Origin: Chrysomallon squamiferum
Taxonomy: Eukaryota; Animalia; Mollusca
Length of the DNA: 64,000 bases
NCBI GenBank assembly: GCA_012295275.1
Contig: CM022671.1
Span: forward strand, 29,946,001-30,010,000
Direction: 5' to 3'
Shown: positions 55,067-64,000 of the stretch, piece by piece
Position numbering within the stretch: the stretch's first letter is position 1
Layout: each line of letters begins with the position of its first letter
Notes under the pieces: generated by a model
The model's input: the letters and a program-made list of their open reading frames with translations, nothing else
Database searches by the model: none
What the model was told of the DNA's origin: nothing
Made by a program: the position numbers and the translations under genes

Positions 55067-55395
55067 ATACATACATACAGGTGTATATATAAAGGTATAT
55101 ATGCATATACGTGTGTGTGTCTGTGAGTTTGTAGGTATATACATAGTAGTTATGTATGTATGTATGTATGTAACTTAATCTCTGACAATCAGTAGCTTCT
55201 TTCGCATTCCAGACAAATATTTATGAAACTGCCCGAAGCTTAGACAGAGGAATTATGTACATTTGATATAAAACAGATATGATTTAGGTTTTCGTATTTA
55301 TTTTTCTGATTTGAGATTGCCGGTCAATGACAGTAAGTTTACTGTTATTTTGCCGACACTATTATTTCTGGGTCTTCTGATAACTGAATGAAAAT

Positions 55396-55558
<163 letters not shown>

Positions 55559-56730
55559 ACAAACCAACATACCACAGCAATAAATAAAATTACCCCTAAC
55601 GTGTAATAAATCATGACAGAAGACATATATCAAAAAAAATAAACAAATAAATACAGTTACCCCCAACAGCGTCGAACTGAAAAACAGTAAATTACAACAG
55701 TGTCAACTATAATATACGACACACACACACTGTTGTCTGGTGTATTCCTTTCATATTCCTACATCCCCCCGCCCGCCCCACAACTCTCGGTAACGTAACT
55801 TCACTGCGTTCAACAGCCATAAATTTATCACACCCTGCTCGGGCCATAATTTATAATGGTGGTTAAGTCACGGATTCGAGTACGTGAAAAATCCTCACTA
55901 TTTTGGCATTTTTATACGTTGATTATGTTTCAAATGTTTAACAGCCAATTTCTAAATGAAGCGACAAATTAGAAAGTTACAGGTAGAACGTGTTAACAGG
56001 CCTGAAACAACACGCAGGGCCGGGTCCAGGCAGTTGTTTAGGTGTGGGTTTTCTCTCTCTTTTAAAGCATGGAGGGGATTGTCGGTATGTTATTTCTCTG
56101 ATGAAACGTGTTTATCTAAATAAAATTAAATAAAATTAAATAAAATAAAATAAAAAGTAAAATATTCTGATATTATTATATTAATGCTTGTTTTAATTTC
56201 CTTTTTTTTAAATTTATTTTTTGCCTAAATTTCATTTAACACAGGAACTGCGAATAATTAAAAAAAAATAAATAAATAAATACCACAGCATCAGTAAAAT
56301 CATTCATACCAGCTAATCATATTACCTCATTTGTTTCCAGTGTCTATGATGATATGTTATATAAAAAAAGAAAGAAAGAAAGAATGAATGAATGAAACGA
56401 AATGAAATAGAAAAAAAAACCGGTTTGGTTGGGTAGGGCAAACTAACAGGGGCGCTGCACCCCCTCTTCACTCTTATCAGTCACTCACCCCCACTTAAAT
56501 CTTCGTTTTGACAGGGCTGCGGCTGATAGGTGAACGTAACCATATTTCTAAGCAACGTAGAAATGATTTACAGTGTTGCTAATTTGACGACTGGTGAAGA
56601 CAAATTTCTTGCTCTTTCTCTGCCACATCATTTCTCTCGTCAGGACTATCTTATCACTCTGTCGTGTTGTTCTAATGTCTTTTATCAGTTGCCTCTTTTA
56701 CACCCTTCATAACTTTGATTTTTTTTTTTC

Positions 56731-56772
<42 letters not shown>

Positions 56773-56981
56773 TGCAAGACAAATGTTTATATAGCCAGAG
56801 AAGGGAGTTATGAAGGTGTTGGGGTGTTTTTTTTCTAACTTCAGCGTAAAGGATTTGGTTTTTCACATCTTTGTTCTTGTTGTTATGCTAGAGAAAGGGA
56901 GAGAGGAAGGGTTGCAAAAAGAAAGGGAGAGAGGGAGGGTTACAAAGAGAAAGGGAGAGAGGGAGTGTTACAAGAAAAATT

Positions 56982-57013
<32 letters not shown>

Positions 57014-57272
57014 ATAACAAGCACTGTGTTTATAAAGTACAGTTATGAATGAACTGCTCTAATCTATATCGTGTATCACTGTTCGCTGTCTTGAAATATG
57101 ATACTTGTCATTCACTGGCTATAAAACATAAAAACATCTTTAAACCGTAGCCGTGAAATGTAATCTGATTTATATCATACAATTATTTATAACACGTCAG
57201 TGAAAAAAAAGTATTTCAGTGTTTCTTAGTCTGACTGTTTAATATTTCATATCTTTCTTTATCGTCATGTTT

Positions 57273-57375
<103 letters not shown>

Positions 57376-59704
57376 TCTCCCTCTCACTCACTAATACATA
57401 CACATACACACTGAACTCTTCTTGTAGAAAATAACACACACTCTTTCTAGCATTAAGAACACATTTTTTTTCAAATAATTATCTTTTACAAAAAAAAAAA
57501 AAAAAAAAAAAAAAATCCGTTGCGTTATATTGATACACATTCAGCGTGAGCTTGGAACCGTCCCGTAGAAGTGAAACAGTTTCCAAACTGGCGAACATAG
57601 TTGTCAGGAAGAAGAAGACGAAGCAGATGAAAAGAGAGAGAGAAAAAACCCATTCTGCTGAGAGAATGAAAAAGAGAAAAGTTAAATGCAAAGGTAGACA
57701 CTGACAGTTACCATCTCAGAAAGAACGAATTTCCTTAAATTAGACTGTGGGTTTTTTCTTACGATTTTTTTTTCTTTCTCATTTTTTTTCTCTGTCCTCT
57801 TAGCTTTCTTGAATTGTTCCTGTCATTGTTCAGTCCCTGTTGAAGCTACTATCTTACTCGGCTTTCAAAATATTGCCGCGGACCATTACTCTGAAAGAAA
57901 ACATCACTCAAAATCTCGTTCCGAGAGAAAGATGCTTATTTATAGAGTACGAACCAGATCAGCTGTATTTTTGAAACGGGGGAAACAGAGAAAAACGTGA
58001 AAAGGTGTTTAGGTACGCCGTTCGTTTATTTGCTTTTGTGTGTGTTTGTTTGGCCGGGTTTTTAGTACAATACAACAGACGGGAAGATGACGTGCTAACG
58101 TAAGCTCTTGTATTAAAATAATAAGAACGATGGCTTTTGAAGTTATATGGATAGCATCCATGGATCAACGACAGTAACGGCTTACTCATAACCTAAGACA
58201 CAATCGCACAATGAATGTGTGAAAACCTGGCTAATTCATCATTCATCCAGAGCCTTGTTATTCAAATTTTAGTCCTGGAACATCCCCTTCAACAACTGTT
58301 GACCTCGAATATCATTTTTCATAATCATTGTAGAAAAATATTCTCTTTTAAAACTCAGTTATCAAATGTCCGTGCTCTAGTCTGGAATTTCCCGTTTTTT
58401 AAATTTAGTCCTGGAATGTCTCCTATAATATTCCCTGCGTTGTTCATCCCTGCTTTCCAGTGTAGATCCAGAGGGATGCCCATACACCCACTGCAACAAG
58501 TTGTGTTTTCGTACTCGCTTTTAAAATTCTATAACCGAATACTCCTCAAATGCTCTTGTTTTAAACTTCAGTTCGATGATCTCCATAACCCGTCAGCTCT
58601 TCACCCCAACCTCGTTTTCCAGTGCACAGCTAGACACAGGTTCGCCCGTACTTCATACAGCCCCCCTTCTTCGAACCGCCCCAGAAATCTGACATGCGCA
58701 TATGACCTGACTTGCCCCGCTATTTCCCTCCATGGGGTAACTCTGTTTAACACTGCACAGATTTCATTACATAACCATTTCAGTTATTAGTGTAAAGTTT
58801 CTTTTGACAGCCTCGTGTCGGCACTGCATCTCCATTCACAACGCTTCAACTGTGCAAGCAGTCTACTCCTTTGACGTTTAGACGTATAGGTTATTTTTTT
58901 TTTTTTTTTTTAATCACCTCAACCCCTTTTTTTTTAATCATTCCAGTATATATTTTTTTCTTCTTCTTTTTTCTGACAGACAAAAAGAGTCTTAGTTTTA
59001 AGATACGAATCTATTTCCTGCTTCTATTTCGTTTCGTTTCAGTATTTAACTGTTATTAAAATAGTGTACAGTCATTCTAGAAAAGTCGATTTTTCAGATG
59101 GGTTCGTCAACTGATATTTCAGTTAAAAGGCTGACTAACGAACGGGCTGATCTGCGATCGAATACCGCCTCCGCCGATGTCCTAATAAGATAACACTGAA
59201 TCACTATATAATTATAGCCGAGAAACCAGCAAATAAGGCACACTCTGAAGACATTAAAAGTACATACCTCTTTAATGGTACACAACTGGACTATCGCCAT
59301 TGCACTAGCTGTTATTCCGACATATCAAAGACAATATGAAATCACTACAACATTATATATTTCAAATGTAGGATTTGGATAATCGTTTCCTTAAAGCTAT
59401 AGCTTAAATCAAAATAAAATTTAAAAAAAAAGAGTCTTCAGACTCCGAGAAATATTAGACTGTGTGTACAAGACAGGCGTGCTTTGCTAGCAGACAATTC
59501 ACTACTCTTCCCCATTCAACTGCAGCTCGCTCCTCAATCACTAACGACTCCGCCTGTTTCTCGTGTCAGTTTACACGCTGTTTAACCACAATCGTTTAGA
59601 AAGAGAAATAGGTAAAATACCACATTAAGATTCTCACACTTTCACTGCTCGCTTGCAGTGTGTCTAGCGGGTGACTTCTCGGCTCCAGCTCGTTATTTAC
59701 CACA

Positions 59705-59740
59705 AGAAATCTAGCCCGGTTCAGAAATCTAGCCCGGCTC
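59705..59740. repeat. 18-bp tandem duplication AGAAATCTAGCCCGG(T/C)TC x2
   Basis: Directly visible, one mismatch between copies. Confidence 0.9.
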
Positions 59741-60514
59741 AGATCGGCCGCTCATTTGCCATATGTCGTTGGCTAATTGGAATCGTTTCTTCTGTTAAAA
59801 AAAAAAAAAAAAATCCATTTAAGAGAATATGCCATTACGTTATTATAACTGTAACCTGGTGCTTTTCCCCATGTTGTTTTGTGTTTACTGTGTTAATGAA
59901 AGGTACGTAGTATATGAATGTGTTGAATACATGTGAATCTGTTTCTTGTAAGAATCACGTTTTTACAACATAAACATATAAAATAAAACACTGAAAGTTT
60001 TTTTTTTTTTTTTTTTTTGTAATTTCTTAAAACCTTAAAACAAACACAAACTCGCCAAACCCTAAAAAAAAAAAAAATAATAATAATAATAAAAAAAAAA
60101 AACCCCAGAAAAATGTTTTAAATACGGATATATTTGTATGTTTGTGAACCTATTTGGTTTTTCAATTTTAAGAAGTCATTGTTTGGAGTATATATTCATG
60201 TATATGCAAATCCCATTTGTTGAGTTTTAAAGCAGACATAACCACGTTTTACTAGTTACACATAATATATGAAATGATGTTTGTCCCTCTGTGCAAAATA
60301 TGAATATGTGAACATCTGCCCCCACCCCAAATGAAATGTAAACAAGACAGTTGTCACCCAGAGTCTATCCACCTACCTGCCTACCTATTTATTTGTCTTT
60401 CTATTTACCTACCTATCTACCAACCTATCTATCTACTTACCTACCTGTCTATCTATCAGTCTATCTATCTACCTATTTACCTATCTACCTGTCTGCCATT
60501 TAAAACTGAAACAA

Positions 60515-60561
<47 letters not shown>

Positions 60562-60897
60562 ATATCACGTCTTACTACACATACACCACCACCCTGGGTG
60601 TGCTTTGTAGCGAAACAAGAATATATATTGCACTGGCGTTCTTTTCCCTGCCGTTGTAACGCAGCTCGGAGAATTCCAATTTCTGACACTTGTCTTTCCC
60701 GTGTTAATAAATTACTTACAAAATCAGCAACAGCTTCGCTCGCATTTCAACAGCACTACGCTGACACCGAAGATGGGGCTCGTCTGGCCCGTACAAGCGC
60801 TATGTTCCACGTGTTAGATAATCGTTACTGGTTTTCAGGTAGAGAGTTAGAACAACAAGGCGATGGAGACGAGAAAAGAAAGGAAGTTAATACAGAA

Positions 60898-60937
<40 letters not shown>

Positions 60938-62066
60938 CGTACGTGTAAGGGTATATGTGTGTGTATGAGTGCGTGTGTATCTGGGTTTGTCTACGTATGT
61001 GTCTGTATGTTTTTATGTATTGAACGAATACATACAAACATATACAAACATGTACACATACGTACACAGACATGTTTGTGTACGTATGTGTATAGGTATG
61101 AATGTATATATGTGTGCGTGTTTGTATATGTTTGTAAGTATGTATGTATGTAATGTGTTTGTACGTGTATATTTGTGCACATGTGCATATATGTTTGTAT
61201 ATGTATATATGTACGTATGTGTGTGTATATATACTTTCATAATTGTATGTGTGTATCTAGCTTCCTGCTTTTATTTATTTTATTATGTTAGGATGCTGAA
61301 TTCTCACTGAAGTATACAAGTTTCTATTTATTTATTTATTTATGGTTCAGCATAGATACTGAGAAAAAAAGAGGTAATATGACTAGCTGATATGAACTGT
61401 GTTTGATTACAAAAAACAAACTCTAAGGTTATTCGCTGTTCCTGTATTAAGTGAAATTTAGGTAAAAAGAAAAAAAAAGAAGACGAAGAAGAAAAAAAAA
61501 AGCAATAACTTGATATCGGAGTATTCGGTTATTACATCAGAACATATTGCTCGAATTGCCTCGAGTCAAATTTTTTTTCTCTTTTAGCAAAGATTCATAA
61601 ATCTTTATTTCTAATAAAAGCGTAATGGTGTCTTCAGGGTATTTTTTTCATTCTCTCTGTTCTTTTTAAATTTTTCTTTCTATTTCCTTTTATATTGGTC
61701 TGAAGTTAATAATGTAAATTAAACTTCGCAGTAGGGCCCCGTGTGTGGCAGTGTGCTCTCCAAACGATCAACGTGAGTATTGTATTGCGTTAATTTCCCG
61801 TTCTAATCAATGCTCTTATAAATGGTGTTAAAAGAAGCAAGTTTTGTGTCAGAATAACATAGTTATTACTTGAGACCTTTTTTAAATTTATTATTATTAT
61901 TATTATTATTATTATCTTTGCTTAAATGTTCCTCGGCTGTTATGGTTTCAAATTATTCAAATACAGATAATAATATAACTGTTTTGTTTCGGTGGGGGAG
62001 GAGGATGCGAAGGAGGGTTGTTAATGGGAAAAAAAAATGATAGTATAGAAGGTTGCAAATGATTCT

Positions 62067-62167
<101 letters not shown>

Positions 62168-63023
62168 GGACGGACGGACAGGGAGGGAGGGAGGGAGGGA
62201 GGAAGGAGGGAGGAGATAGATATTATAGGGTATAGATATCCCTCCTGAATGGCACTTGACCCGAACTCAAGTAACATGTCAATCCCAGACTACTTGATAA
62301 CCCCCTTTAGTATTCTTGTGTCACTCACGCCTTCTTTTCGAGAGCACCTTCTATCCAACGCGTCAGATTAGCAAAGGCTGGCTGGAATCGTGACGGAGCC
62401 TCACTCCAGCTCTCAGACCTGTGAACATGCCCCGAGGGAAACGTTCACTTTTGTCATTCGGTCGCACGGAGGTCTAAGCCCATAATTTTGTTTATTTTCC
62501 TTCTTTTGCTGGGCGCTTTTCGCGTTTGCTTGCCACAAACACAATCTCTCTTTGTCGTCCGCGACTGTTGCACATTCCAGCGGTGGAAAGAAGAGATTCA
62601 TCTGCCGGACTGATTTTTTTTGTTGCAAGCGGGGTTCACCGAGGCAGAAGTCACCACCATTGCTGCATGCCTCCGAGACGTTTCTAAATATTGGCTAAAC
62701 ACGAGGCACGGCTTCTCTACCCATCGCTGTTTAACCTCTCTACATTAACAGTGTATGGTGACGCCATTAACACCGGGACGAGAGAAGGCAAAACAGCAGG
62801 TCTCGGGATTAAAAACGATTCTTTTTTGTCTTTTGCTATCTCCGCTAGCAACAGGGCGGTGCGTTATAACACACTGGGGTTGGGGGAAGAATGTCAGTTG
62901 TAAAGATATTTGTATATAAATTACTGGAAAAGACGCCATACATTTATTAATTTTTTTTTTTTTGAGTTATTGTTTGTTTTCAAAACGTTGATTTAAGTTT
63001 GAGAAATGTCATTCTGAAGGGCA

Positions 63024-63064
<41 letters not shown>

Positions 63065-63141
63065 CGTTTAATTAAATAATAAATTAATCTTTATTGATTA
63101 GTTAATGATTTTAGGAAGCAAAACAAATGTAATGATAAGAA

Positions 63142-63323
63142 AGAGGAAAGTCACACCCACCACTGCACAGGCTATAGCAGCAAGGACTTTTTTATGTGCA
63201 CCTTCTCATATACATAAACACACACACACACTCTGGCTGAAACAGGAAATATTCCCATAAGTTCATTAGAAGGATAGATTGTGGTGGAATCTATTATGCC
63301 TCTTATCTATGCTCTACCCTCAG
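63142..63323 (-). mobile_element. Old tRNA-derived SINE (same Nin/Deu-like family as the 20585 copy)
   Basis: On the minus strand: A-box remnant CTGAGGGTAGAGC, then ...ATTTCCTGTTTCAGCCAG..., core GGTGCACATAAAAAAGTCCTTGCTGCTA and ...TTTCCTC. This is collinear with the recalled mollusc SINE consensus. Confidence 0.65.
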
Positions 63324-63632
63324 AAATCCTCTACATCTAGTACATTAAAAAAAAAAAAAAAACACATTTCTATCTTTACACCAAAACTGCCGTTTGCTGT
63401 CGCATATAATGTTGCATTTTTGATGTGACCTTTTGCTGATTCATGGTTAATTGAATTCTTTTTTCAATTATTATTCTGTGGAGCAAGAGAATCTATCATT
63501 ACTGCAATCAAGTGAACAAAAGACATTCATGCAGAACACAGAATATTTTAAATGGAATTTGTTATAACAAAGCCAAATCAGAAATCTTCATCTGCGGCTT
63601 ATATCGGAGAGTGAGAGAGAGAAGATAAAAAG

Positions 63633-63664
<32 letters not shown>

Positions 63665-63724
63665 ATATAAAAAAAACGCCGAAAAATAGAAGCCACTCCA
63701 GGCAGAAAAATAATACTCGATAGG

Positions 63725-63765
<41 letters not shown>

Positions 63766-64000
63766 TTATGTGTGTTTATATATATACATATATACATATA
63801 CATATATATATATATATATATATGTGCATACATACAAATACAACAAGATACGATAATAAGACAAATAAGTTAGTAAGCACGTCTTTGTGTCAGTAAGTAA
63901 ATAAAATCAAACTCTTCTCTTTTTTTTCTTCTTTGTGTTTATTTATTTATTTATCTATTTTTTGCTTTACGTATTTGTTTATATATATATATTTATATAT

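Noticed and set aside
54711-55178. 155-aa ORF taken as the Wnt protein
   Set aside because: The true exon is 54668-54924. The track starts at an internal TTG and reads through the donor into a (TC)n tract.
56015-56519. Possible MITE with CAGGGC...G(G/C)GCTG ends
   Set aside because: The terminal inverted repeats are too degenerate and no target-site duplication is identifiable.
58215-58790. 191-aa plus-strand ORF, and the minus-strand GDIPG motif resembling RPS23/uS12
   Set aside because: No recognisable domain. The GDIPG similarity is only 5 residues in a stop-ridden frame with no flanking homology.

Overview
AT-rich, microsatellite-dense animal DNA, lophotrochozoan and probably gastropod-like (inferred from the proteins and a SINE family, not certain). 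The window holds a divergently transcribed FBXL14/Ppa - Wnt5 pair. FBXL14 is a complete single-ORF gene on the minus strand (4241-5449). The 5' half of Wnt5 is on the plus strand: a candidate leader exon ending at 27370, the signal-peptide exon 48053/48080-48162 and the first Wnt-domain exon 54668-54924; the remaining exons lie beyond the window. Between the genes are two intact intron-containing tRNA-Tyr(GTA) genes and a decayed third copy. The window also contains tRNA-derived SINE relics, a 21-bp minisatellite, several old degenerate tandem arrays and many CpG-rich non-coding islands that look like enhancers. Nearly all other ORFs in the track are simple-repeat artefacts. The most interesting lead is the Wnt5 5' leader. 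It has an AUG-UGA start-stop 2 nt before the main AUG and, if the 27370-to-48053 splice is real, an upstream ORF in frame with Wnt5 that is interrupted only by a single UGA-C. No prokaryote-type system (CRISPR, operon, IS element) is present.
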